Source: Epithemia pelagica (lineage: Eukaryota > Protista > Bacillariophyta). From it: a stretch of DNA of 64,000 nt. Within the stretch, counting starts at the first letter, position 1; every line of letters begins with the position of its first letter. Position numbers and translations under genes: made by a program. Under the pieces are notes generated by a model. That model worked only from the letters and a program-made list of their open reading frames with translations. It was not told the DNA's origin and did no database searches. Location of the stretch: positions 1,426,001 through 1,490,000 of the forward strand of contig OX337235.1 of assembly GCA_946965045.2 (NCBI GenBank). Reading direction: 5' to 3'. This document shows, one piece after another, positions 53,664 to 64,000 of this stretch.

Positions 53664-55373
53664 TTAGATGGATGCAAATAGCGTTGTCTCCGGAAGATCA
53701 TCTTCCGTCGACGGAACAGAGGATACTTCTACGCACTCTTCCCCGTGTTCCAGTGAGCTGTTGGTATCCATCACTCGAGTGACTGTTCCGGATTCGGCCG
53801 CCTCCAATTCATCCACTCGTATTCTTTCTTCTGTATCGGTTGTTGCAACCGCACTCTCTGCCGGATGGTTCCTCTCGTCATCATCATCATTGTGGACTAC
53901 TGAGGTGGGTGATTCGGTGGTTGTAGTAGTGGGTGATGGGGATTTCAAGGGTCCTTCGGGATGATCCCAGCTATCACCGTCCACGCGTTGCGGTGAACTC
54001 CGTGTCGCTGGTTGGTCACAAGGACTAGGACCATTGTCATGGCGTTGGCCTTCCTCATTGTCTACCGAGTGTGGATCGTCAGGATTGAGTTCCACTGTAG
54101 ATGATGAATGAGGAGAAACCACCTCAATCGAATCTAGGGGTTCACTCGTCACGGGCGGCGTTTCCTCGTGGTCCGCATCCTGACTCGACAAGGACAGGAC
54201 GTGCCCCTGGTCGTCGTCATTCTCGTCCTGACTACGATTGGTACTTTCGTCCAGTTCCGAGGATCGATGCAGATAGGTTTTGATGTGATATTCCGTCTTG
54301 CGTTGTTCGGCCAAGGTGGCTCGATCGACGGCCGAAGTGCGCATGCGATGGACCAATTCTTTTAAATCGCGATCGGTACAATTGATGCGAGACGGAACGG
54401 TCAACAAGCCTTGCGTTTGACAAAAGATGGTTGTGGCCGATCGTTGATTGTGTTGCCGTTGAAACTCTTTGAGGCGTTGTTCCTTACTTTCACTCGTTGT
54501 GTTGTTGTTGTCCGTATCGCGGTGGACCAAATCGGTCGGAATACACACTTTGCGACAAAAGGGACACCCAGTATTGCGCAACAACCATTCCTTGATACAT
54601 TTGTGATGAAAGACATGGGAACATTCACTTTCGTTGGGAGAGAAGGTGACAATATCACCCACTTGAAACTCTTCAAAACAAATGGGACATTCCAAAGCCC
54701 CCATGGTCGAACACGTGGGGACAATCTCGTCCAAAAACAAGGATGATGAAGGTTCCAAGTCCGTGGACGACGTTGGTTCCACCGTAGCCATCTCTGTAGT
54801 ACACGGAATACATACAGGTGTCTTGCTGTCGGTAGAAGTCATCTTCTTTTTCTTCTTCTTTTTGGCGGCATGGGTTGGATGACAATATCCGTCTTGTCCA
54901 GGATTCTTCTTTCGTTGGTCGGCCAACACGTGAAGACAGTTTTCGCAGAATTCATCATGTTCCATGACTCGTTTGTTGATCATCCAAACCTCAATGGTTT
55001 CGTATCGTTTTTCAATGCGTTCTCGCAAGGCTTCTTCGTCCAACAAGGTGGGCAACCGTCGTTCTCCACCCAAAAGCTGTTGCATGTGACGACGACGATA
55101 CATCATATGCACCACCAAGAGAATTAAAATAATGGACAGTAACATGAGCAAGGCTGCTAGCATCCACACACCGGCTTTGGTAAAGGTGGCTTCACTCTCT
55201 TCACCACCTTGTTCTTCTCCATTATTGCTGGTTCGAATGGGAGGAAGGCTGGTATGATTTCCTCCTTCAATGGCGTCATTCATTCGACGTAGGGACGACC
55301 GTACTGGCCAGGCTGCGACAGGGTTGGCCCAGTTGCCCATTTGGTACTCGTCGGGGTGATGGGCATTGCTCAT
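53664..55373 (-). CDS. TM + RING-H2 E3 ubiquitin ligase (ATL-like)
   Basis: TM GVWMLAALLMLLSIILILLVV; CPICFEEFQVGDIVTFSP..CSHVFHHKCIKEWLLRNTGCPFCR. First ATG at 55373. Confidence 0.85.
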   Translation of the reverse strand: MSNAHHPDEYQMGNWANPVAAWPVRSSLRRMNDAIEGGNHTSLPPIRTSNNGEEQGGEESEATFTKAGVWMLAALLMLLSIILILLVVHMMYRRRHMQQLLGGERRLPTLLDEEALRERIEKRYETIEVWMINKRVMEHDEFCENCLHVLADQRKKNPGQDGYCHPTHAAKKKKKKKMTSTDSKTPVCIPCTTEMATVEPTSSTDLEPSSSLFLDEIVPTCSTMGALECPICFEEFQVGDIVTFSPNESECSHVFHHKCIKEWLLRNTGCPFCRKVCIPTDLVHRDTDNNNTTSESKEQRLKEFQRQHNQRSATTIFCQTQGLLTVPSRINCTDRDLKELVHRMRTSAVDRATLAEQRKTEYHIKTYLHRSSELDESTNRSQDENDDDQGHVLSLSSQDADHEETPPVTSEPLDSIEVVSPHSSSTVELNPDDPHSVDNEEGQRHDNGPSPCDQPATRSSPQRVDGDSWDHPEGPLKSPSPTTTTTESPTSVVHNDDDDERNHPAESAVATTDTEERIRVDELEAAESGTVTRVMDTNSSLEHGEECVEVSSVPSTEDDLPETTLFASI

Positions 55374-55958
55374 CTTGCCACTGTCACTCTCCCGGAAAAA
55401 ATGACCCGAACAATCACCAAGAGAGAGTCGATTCAACGGATGTGGCGATGGCGGTGCTGTGTCTACCAAAGGCGTTGACCCTCTCTGGAACGTCCAGCAA
55501 TTTGGCGCGTCCAATTTTTGGCACCTCCTGTGTTAGAAAGATGTGTGACTTGCCACCACTCAGCCGTCCAAACTAGAGTGTATGACCCGGCCTGGCTTGC
55601 AGCGATGGCACTGTTTACGAGAAGGATTGGATTTCTTTGGCCGCGATCGACGCAACAGACAGGACAGATGAGGTGCATCCGTAACCAACGACATGCATAC
55701 TTTCTTTTGTCGGTCGTGTATGTTGGATGCGTGTTTGCCCCATTTTGTGCATAAGTAGTGGGGATCGTTCTTATTCGTGGTCTTGTAATCCTTCTTATTG
55801 TGATAGGGCCCATGTTCCAAATTTGTCCGTGGTCGCCTTTCCGTTGGGGTTGTCGTTGACGGGCGTCCCCCAAAACTTCTCCCCCAAATGAATGAAAGGA
55901 CTCAACAGCGACCAACAGGATTTCTGCCGACACAAAAACTCTACATCGACGATCGACC

Positions 55959-56573
55959 ATGGACGCCCTTGGCGCGTACGGCTCCTCCTCAGAAGACGAC
56001 GAGGATGACAATACCAACAAGCCAAGTTCCCAAAACGTCAAATCTGATCACGGTTCAACGAAAAGCGTACTCCACCTGCTTCCATCGGCGCCCGGCCTGG
56101 AGCCGGATGCACACGATGGGACTTCTACCAGTGCTGCAGCGGAAAGTTGGATTACCACCTGGCCCCATTCCGGAGAAACTCAAGCCATGGGACGCGACAG
56201 TTACTTGAGCTTGTTTCACCAACAAGTCATTCAGAAACAACAACAACAACAAGACGAATTTTCGACCTTGGATTCGTCCAAACAGCACGGTCAACCGTGG
56301 GAAAAGCTCCTCCCTCCACCTGCTGATCCTACCACCGAGGGTCATTGTTATGCTCAAGTATTGGACCACGAGTTGTTGCAAGACTTTTCGAATCCGCGAT
56401 TTATGGAGTTGTGTCGACAAACCTTGGAAATTCCCGAATCGGACCAATTGGGATCCATGGTGCTTCCGGATACCATGCAGTTCCCCTGGGAATCCAATCT
56501 GCTGGAACGCATGGAAGAACACGAAACGCAACTGAGACTCCAACAGCAGCAACCACCACCACCTCCGCCATGA
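55959..56573 (+). CDS. HCNGP / SAP30-binding-protein-like
   Basis: N-terminal ALGAYGSSSEDDEDD and DFSNPRFMELCRQTLEIPESDQLGS resemble the HCNGP family pattern as I recall it. Confidence 0.55.
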   Translation: MDALGAYGSSSEDDEDDNTNKPSSQNVKSDHGSTKSVLHLLPSAPGLEPDAHDGTSTSAAAESWITTWPHSGETQAMGRDSYLSLFHQQVIQKQQQQQDEFSTLDSSKQHGQPWEKLLPPPADPTTEGHCYAQVLDHELLQDFSNPRFMELCRQTLEIPESDQLGSMVLPDTMQFPWESNLLERMEEHETQLRLQQQQPPPPPP

Positions 56574-57064
56574 ATTGGGCTTTACATTCCAGCTCGTAAA
56601 GTTGATTGAGAAGCGAAATGCCGTTTGGCGGACGAACTCAACCGGTGGGCTTTCATGGCCGTGCCCTCGAGAAGAAAGCAGCCAACTATCGTTGTTCCTA
56701 CTCCTACAAAGGACAAAGGAAGGCATTTCTCTCCATTACGAGTGCTCTTTTCCAGGATTCAAGATTTGTCAAAAAATGATTTGCATCTATTCAACGGAAT
56801 CCAATTGGATTATTAAAAAACATAGCATGTAGTAACTAGTTTACAGAATGTGTTAACGATCCACAAGTGAAAGAGAACACCAGAAAATAACATTGTATCG
56901 CTTCAAGTTCAGCGGTAGCAATTGTTTGTGTGGACAATGATTGGTTGTGTTGTGTGCTGGCGACAGGTTCCTCAACTGGTTTTGCCGCGTGGGTTTTTTC
57001 ATTGAATTCCTTCTTCTGGAGCAACACACTTTCTCACCGCCTCGGCCGCCGTCCCTGTAGGCAA

Positions 57065-58207
57065 TTAAACACTTATTTCATCCATGGGACGACTTTCGTC
57101 GTTGCCAGTGGCAGAACAAGGCATTGGACCCGTGCCACTTGTTGATTGACGTTCGGGAAGTATCAAGGGACGAGCGGATCCTGTGGTACTATCGTCATCC
57201 AAGGAAGATTCGGATGGTTCCTCCGCATCATTGTATTCATTGTTACTGTCAGAACTCGGCTCCATGACTTCCAGGTCTTCAATTTCCGTGTCACCCTCTC
57301 CCATGTCGTCGCACGTCACAGATTCGAGATTCATTCGATTGCCCCGTCGACCAGAAACATCGTGTGGTTCCACGCGACAGGCTGTCGCCGCTTTCAAAAT
57401 TGTAAACATTTCACGACTACACTTGCTGGGTGCCTCAAAGCAAACCAGTCCATCCACGATGCAGTAATATGAGGTGGCAGCCAACTTTGCTCTTTTTCGA
57501 CAAAGTTCTTTTAACACTGGGCGGTCCAAGGGATATCCCTCTTCGTCAATGGGAAGAATCAGTTCACGGCAACACGGACAGTTGCCCGATTGCAACATCC
57601 ACTCCTTTATGCATTCGTGGTGGAATACATGTTTGCATGTCCCGTCAAGATCTGGACTCCACGACACAACATCGTCTACTTTGAACGGTTCCATGCAAAT
57701 TGGACATTCTTTTTCGTCGGAACACGCCTCGACGTCACTATCCGCAGTATGTGCAGTGTCCGAGGAATCAAAGGAAGAGGATACTTTAACAGGTGACGAA
57801 GGACCATCGGATGGGTCATTGGATGATGACCGGTTCATCATCTTTTTTATTTTGTCACAACCAGCCGTATGCGGTTGAACTCTCTGATAATAATGTAGAG
57901 CGATAATCAAAAGCAGGTGAGTTTGGGATCATGGAAGAATGCGTACGGTAGAGGCTCGGGCAAAACTGACCTTGGTAATGAGCCATCCTTCAATGGTTTG
58001 ATAGCGCCGCTCTTTTCGGTCTCCATCGTCCTTGGGCGCTCGTCGTCGACGCCACCAATCGAGAAACGGCGGCATGAGTAAGTAGACAAGGGTGATGAGT
58101 AGTACGACGATCAGTATGACCAAAAGCACAATGACCAGAATATTTCTTTGATTGTATGTCAACAGGGAATTTTCGTGATCACTGCTCCCGCTGTTTCCAG
58201 TTGACAT
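57065..58207 (-). CDS. TM + RING-H2 E3 ubiquitin ligase (ATL-like), 2 exons
   Basis: Exon 1 carries the TM; phase-0 intron 57884-57970; CPICMEPFKVDDVVSWSP...CKHVFHHECIKEWMLQSGNCPCCR. Confidence 0.85.
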
Positions 58208-59386
58208 AATGAATTATGCAGTCTCACAGTGGTTTTTTGTTTGTGGTTGTCACCCCCGGTCACAAATCGCGAAACGGTGCTGTTTTGCCGCTGTGGTTGT
58301 GTGTTGTCTCAAAAGGCCTCTTTGACTAGAAAATGGCTCAATACGAAGCCACCCTTGTCACAGTCAAAAGGACCCAATCGACAATTCAGGCAGGCGGGTT
58401 TTGCGAGTGATCCAATGGAAAGATTGATGATTGGGGGAATGACCTCCACGACGCACCGCGTCTTGTGTGAAACAGAAATCTGCGACGACACGAAACCCCA
58501 ACCTCCATGACATTCCCGCTAAAAGTGGGCCTGGATCCTTGAGGTTGGTAGAGCCGACGTGCTCTCAACCCTGACAGTCGTTAAGTAAGCTATGTCGTGC
58601 GGTTATATAGATGTCGATGGTATGTCGCTCCCCCAAACAGAACGTTATCCTATTTAATGAAGTTATCCCCCAAGCACCTTCGCTATGGTTTGTTACATCT
58701 GGAATCTGCAAGCTCATTTTTTCAAAGACCCGCAGAGAATGTCGGTAGGTAGATGATCGGACCTGGGTAGGTAGGTAGATTCCTCCCCATTGATGAAATG
58801 GCGATAAGCGACTCTTTCACCGGATTGGTTGCTACTCCTACGCATCATCATGCATCCAAGACGATACATAGAGATATTCTAGCTAGAGGTACTCAAACGG
58901 ACAACTCGTCTTGGGCGTCTCTTTCTCCTTTGAGTAGGTAGGAGCAGGAATCACCTTGCCACTTGCCATGGATAATCTCCATCTCTTAGGATAGAAGGTC
59001 AACAAACGAAAGCAATGTTGATTGAGAGACTATCGTCACAAACGTAGATAAACTATGAGATAGTGGTTGGCAAAAGACCTTGTCACTTTCGTCGAATCAT
59101 ATTGAAGGATATACTAGCTCCCGACTTTCTTCTGAAGTCTCCTCCGACGATAGAATTCAACCCCTGCGGCTGCTGGATTCAGGACAACATCCTCCAATCA
59201 AGGGCATTAACCCAAACTAAAACACAGAGAGACAGGCCATGATTCGTCTTATCAACAACACTATTAGAATGTACTTTGCTTACATTTAAACACAGAAGCG
59301 CACGGCTTTTGTCCTTGCCATCACAAACTATATCATGAATGATGAGTGTACCCACTGCTTGCTGTCTGTGTAGCGCTACCATACTG

Positions 59387-62305
59387 CTAGGGATCCACTC
59401 CCGTCCCTCGGCTGCTATTGCCTTCGTCCACGGAGTTATTGGAGGAAAGAGGATTGTCCCAAACAATCTTGGAGCGGTCCAGAGTATAATAGTAATAGTT
59501 GCCACTGGTGGCATCCATTGCCTTGGCCCATCCGATTGCCAATAGTTCATCGTCCGTCGGTACTACGGACATGGTGCTTGCTGATGACGCTTGAACCGAC
59601 ATGAAGGCTGAATTCTCGTCTTCCTCGGTCGTCGACGCCGCCAACTTGGTGGACGCCTTGGTCATGGAAGGCGAGTCGTTGGCAAATTGCTGTCCAAACA
59701 AGGTGGAGCCTCCTTCCGTCATATAGGCAGAAGACCCATCTTGTGAGTACTCCATGGAAATGGCAGATTCGGCCACGTCAAAATCCGTGCCGCCGCCGCC
59801 CCGTTTGTTGGGACTAATGGGTGTGACGGGAGTCATTTTGTAATGCGACGACTTGCCTTTTCTGCTTCCCGCAGATTCCCCACTTTGTACCTTTTGCAAA
59901 AGCTGTTCTTGACGTTTTCGTTCTTGATCTAGTAATTCCTTTGGTGACTGCTTGTCTTTTTTCTTTTTCGTCCATCTTGATTGTTGCGCATCTGCCCCTT
60001 CCTCTGGCTTGATTGGTTGGGCCCAGTCGTCCTCTGAAAATCTTTGTTGCCCCTTGGTGACATTGGCGTGCATCACCGTTGTACCAGACAAGGCCATCGA
60101 GGCCGGAAAGTCGGAGGTACCAAACTCTCCCGACATAACCATGGGGTTGGTACTGCTCGTTTGGTTTTCTGATTTCCAAGAAGAGCTCTTGGTCTTGGGT
60201 TTGGATCTTGAAGATCTCGAAGACCTGGAGGACTTGGCTCCAATACTCTTTTCCGATGCTTCATCGGTCTTCTTTTCTTCGGAACTTCCCGAGCCACGGT
60301 TCCCGTCCATTTCACTGGCCGCTTCCGATGTTACTGTTTCGACTTTGGGGACATTGGACGAATCTCTCTGTTCGTCACTGGCGGATGGCAATTGATTCAA
60401 CGTTTGTCCACTGCTCTTGTAGTCTTGAGGTTCTTCTGGTTCTGTTATTCTCGAGGACTGTCCGGGGGAAAATTCTTCTTGTCGTTCCGGTTTTCGTTCT
60501 TGTGGTGCGTGACGATGATGCTGTTGTTGTTGTTGCTGCTGTTTGGGTGCTGCTTGCTGGTGCCTTTGTTGTGGCGCTGTCGAACGAGGGTTGTGTTTTT
60601 CGTCCACTGACTGGGGAGTTCCCAAACCTGACGCGTGTTTTCGAGGACTCAGAGCCGCGCCATCTTGAATGGTCTTTCGAATCGTATTGGCCGTGACTTC
60701 GCGTGCCATGAATCCTTCGGCCGTCGGATCGGTGCAGCCACAGGCCATGGCGAGCAACATATTGGGTGTGACCAGCTTGGGAATGGCTTCGCTGCTCCAC
60801 TCTTGTCGTTTGCGATCCCAGGACTTGTTCATGACATTTTCGAGGAGAGATCGTGTCATTTTTGTTGTGTAGGGCGGATCAAAGTTGGGCGCAAAGTAAT
60901 TGGTTGCCATGCCATTTCGCATGAGGTAAATGCCGTGCGGGTGAGCCACCTCTTCGGGAGTGGCACCTCCTTCCACATAGGACAATTGCGGATCGAGCAA
61001 CTGCGGACCACGTTCTTTCCAACCTTCAATCACTTGTTTGGCGTTGGCAAAGTATCGGTTCATGTGCTTCACAGTCTTCCACTTGACTTTGCGAGCCATG
61101 GTAATGGAAAAGGGTCGTTTCATCCATCGCGCTCCCAGAGAGTAAAAATACTCGTAGAGCTGATTGTGCATAAACTCGAGGCACCAATTGGGCCATTCGT
61201 CGGGAGGGGCATCGTCATTGCGTTCACAATCAAAACGGACCACAAGGTCCGGTGGACTAATGCCATTAACTGACAGGGACTCGGGGAGGACTGCCATGTG
61301 AGGAATGAAAATCTCTCCCGAGGCTAACGAATGAATCACTTGTTCCACATGCCCCTCCGATTCGCAATTGATGTGAATAATGGGTATATGGACCACGTCT
61401 GGTGAAGGAATTTTCTCGTGGTTGGGTGCCTTTTGGCCCTTTGGTGAGTGTGGCCCATCGTCAAAGCCCGACTCGTCAATGGCCGCCGGTGGTCCCCCTC
61501 GTTCTCCCCCTCCAGCTCTCCAACCGGAAGGATCCGTGCTGGACACATATTTGTAACTTCGATCTTGCAATTCATTAAAGTCAAATGCCGTTTGTCGGGT
61601 CACCGTTTCTGGATGACCGACCCCCGAATGCCTTCTACTAAGAGACAAGCCAATCGTGACCGCATACGGACCGAGGGGCACCATATCTTCCTCGAGTTCT
61701 CCATACCCTCGACCATCTTGCAACGATCCGGGTCCCATCATACCACCATTGGTCGTCGCTCCCGCGGCTGGATTGACACACGCGTTGCCGGCTGTTTCAT
61801 CGCCCGTGACGGCAAAGGCCAAGGACGACAAGACACTGGGGGCCCCTACACCTCCGGGGGCTCCGACCGGTCGCGATTCATCTTCGACCATGTCTTTGTT
61901 GGATCGTCGCGAATGAGCCGCCTGTTGTGCCTTGAGCAATTGTTTCTCTCGAGCCGCCATTTCGGACTGTTTCATGGTCTTTGGATTGTCCGTGACTTCG
62001 GAAACGAGCGCACGAGCCAACATGGCGGACGCCTTGTTTTTGGGCTGATCCATATCAATGGCGGCCCTTCCAAAGAATTCTTCCTTCTCCTCGGGCGAAG
62101 AGATGCACATAATGTCTGCCTTTTTCAGCAAGCGATTTGCCAGTGTCACATCTTCGTATTCGGCTGGATCTGTTGTATCAATACTCCCGCAAAAGGTCTT
62201 TTCCAGAATGGCCGAGCCCGGAAAACTCTTGTACTTCTCTTTATCACTAATCGAGATTTTCCGGGGGGTCTCTTCTTGCAATTCAGCCGATGGTTGATTT
62301 CCCAT
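59387..62305 (-). CDS. Putatively N-myristoylated protein with central uncharacterised globular domain and C-terminal WW domain
   Basis: MGNQPS fits MGxxxS; GWAKAMDATSGNYYYYTLDRSKIVWDNP is a WW pattern. Confidence 0.7.
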   Translation of the reverse strand: MGNQPSAELQEETPRKISISDKEKYKSFPGSAILEKTFCGSIDTTDPAEYEDVTLANRLLKKADIMCISSPEEKEEFFGRAAIDMDQPKNKASAMLARALVSEVTDNPKTMKQSEMAAREKQLLKAQQAAHSRRSNKDMVEDESRPVGAPGGVGAPSVLSSLAFAVTGDETAGNACVNPAAGATTNGGMMGPGSLQDGRGYGELEEDMVPLGPYAVTIGLSLSRRHSGVGHPETVTRQTAFDFNELQDRSYKYVSSTDPSGWRAGGGERGGPPAAIDESGFDDGPHSPKGQKAPNHEKIPSPDVVHIPIIHINCESEGHVEQVIHSLASGEIFIPHMAVLPESLSVNGISPPDLVVRFDCERNDDAPPDEWPNWCLEFMHNQLYEYFYSLGARWMKRPFSITMARKVKWKTVKHMNRYFANAKQVIEGWKERGPQLLDPQLSYVEGGATPEEVAHPHGIYLMRNGMATNYFAPNFDPPYTTKMTRSLLENVMNKSWDRKRQEWSSEAIPKLVTPNMLLAMACGCTDPTAEGFMAREVTANTIRKTIQDGAALSPRKHASGLGTPQSVDEKHNPRSTAPQQRHQQAAPKQQQQQQQHHRHAPQERKPERQEEFSPGQSSRITEPEEPQDYKSSGQTLNQLPSASDEQRDSSNVPKVETVTSEAASEMDGNRGSGSSEEKKTDEASEKSIGAKSSRSSRSSRSKPKTKSSSWKSENQTSSTNPMVMSGEFGTSDFPASMALSGTTVMHANVTKGQQRFSEDDWAQPIKPEEGADAQQSRWTKKKKDKQSPKELLDQERKRQEQLLQKVQSGESAGSRKGKSSHYKMTPVTPISPNKRGGGGTDFDVAESAISMEYSQDGSSAYMTEGGSTLFGQQFANDSPSMTKASTKLAASTTEEDENSAFMSVQASSASTMSVVPTDDELLAIGWAKAMDATSGNYYYYTLDRSKIVWDNPLSSNNSVDEGNSSRGTGVDP

Positions 62306-64000
62306 GATGATGATGATGTGGTAATTTCCAAACTATCAAAATAATTCTAAAACCAACGCAGTGAGTCAACACAATGGAGATAATGGGGGATCGAGGCAAG
62401 TTGCTGTGTTGATTGTTCGAGGTTGCGATACAGGTGCTGGTACCCCGATGCTGCCGCTGCTACTGCTTCTTTGCAGCAGAGACAAAGGAAACAAAATTGC
62501 CTCAAAGTTGCTGTCAAAGGTAGAGAGATGGGTCTTTCTCTCCACGACAACAACAACGACAACAATCACCCTCCTCCTGTTGTTCCAAAGGAAGACGCAC
62601 TGTTTGTTGTACAAGTCTTAAATCTTCTTGAGCACGTCCAATGATGGTGTAGGTGAATCTTGAGATTGATGATCCAAAGGTGCACACACTCGGAGGACAA
62701 CGACAAGAGTCAAACAGAAAAAAAAGAGATGAGAGAGCGCTCGACCTTTTTCGCGCCTTGACGTTCGTCGCCGTTCCGGCTATGGGCCGAGCGCGAGTAG
62801 GTTTTCGGCTCGGTAGTCTTTCACCAGCAAAGTAAAATGATCGCGCCGGGTGAGACGGGTGTTTTGCGAGCCGTCAGTCGTGAAGTCCACTTAGAGCGCC
62901 AAATTTAGTGAGCGTTGAAGATCCGACGAATCTCGCCACGCGCGGATAAGGAAAGTTTATGTAGATGCGCGTGCTCGACGACGAGCGACGAACGGACAGC
63001 GCCAGGCGCAACGTCCCAACTGGAGCACAGCAGTACTATGTCCAGATTCTCTGTAGCCTGGAGAGTAGAATTTGAGGCGGTCGCTTGTCTACCGGAATTG
63101 CAGTCCCGGACAACCGCAATCACGAATATAGTAACCAATTGTAGCGCTATGTAGTCTACCATCACAACTTGACAGCTCCTCTATCTCGGTTCTACTTCTC
63201 TAGAGAGGCGTGCATTGTTTGGATGTATGCTTTTCAATTACCAAACCGAATATCAACTATGGCTCTGTGGAATTGACGATTTCAAATATGTTTGACGGGG
63301 GACCGGCGAAGGGTGGAAGCAAGATAAGACCTGGTTCTCAACCCTTTCGCACCCAAATAGACTTGTGTAGGGAGGCAAGAAGTCTTTGGGGCAGCGGTGA
63401 TCCGTAAACATTCCTGAAATATGGCATCAAGGAGATGTGGACTTTTTTATAGGAGTAGCTATTGGATTAAAAGTTCTAGGATGTGTTTTCGTCGCATGCC
63501 GTCGTGTGAACAACAAAGTCTTCCATCAATGGATGCCCAGACACCCTCGTCCCGCCACAAATGTGAGATTTTAACGACGCTTCTGTCCAATGGTGTCTGT
63601 CCACATTTGGCTAAACCAACATCCTTTAGTATGCACCTCCCATCCATGGACATGCCGGGTAGCAAGCAAATTCGTGCCTACCGATACTCCAAGTACGTAT
63701 CCATCGTGATGGCGCACCCGTGACTGGTGATTCCCTCCCAAAAAATGAGGCTCAACGGTCCAATTCGTGCAAGGTGTCACAGCATCTTTTAGGGTCGCAC
63801 CCTTGCGAAACGACTGTTTGTTCTTGACAAAACGGTCCCGAGGTGCTCCGTTCGTGCCGAAGGACTCCATGTACAAGAGCAAGAGATTTCGACGACAAGG
63901 CAAAAAACAAACGAGGTGACAACCTGTGGTTCATGCCATAATCATACCATCTTGTTCCAAGCAACGAGCCACGATGGATCCAGAAGGAAGCAAAAACAGC

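Noticed and set aside
63459-64000. Possible 3' part of a minus-strand gene running off the window edge
   Set aside because: Several short frames but no recognisable motif or consistent intron; needs flanking sequence.
1-64000. tRNA, rRNA or other structured RNA genes
   Set aside because: None recognised by eye; tRNAscan-SE and Infernal were not run.

Overview
Eukaryotic, gene-dense 64 kb window, most likely from a diatom or another photosynthetic stramenopile. This is inferred from short 65-100 bp GT-AG introns, bipartite signal+F plastid presequences and diatom-like gene families. It holds about 26 protein-coding genes. Recognisable products are a cytosolic TrpRS with a long N-terminal extension, two TBL/PC-esterase paralogs, an SBP-like zinc-finger protein, a GNAT, a double-domain fucosyltransferase-like protein, a choice-of-anchor-I-like propeller protein, a sulfotransferase, a mitochondrial carrier, a GST, a GnT II-like GT16, three single-pass proteins (one with PDZ), four paralogous TM-RING-H2 ligases, an HCNGP-like protein and a WW protein. 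The most striking region is 10.3-15.6 kb. It contains a ~4.4 kb RT-less element with an intron-rich tyrosine recombinase gene (Crypton-like), bounded by asymmetric inverted repeats and a modular ~175 bp hairpin whose paired segments co-vary between copies. Next to it is a head-to-tail dimer of a 386 bp non-autonomous relative with the same end architecture. All family assignments are by-eye motif recognition; no database searches were run.
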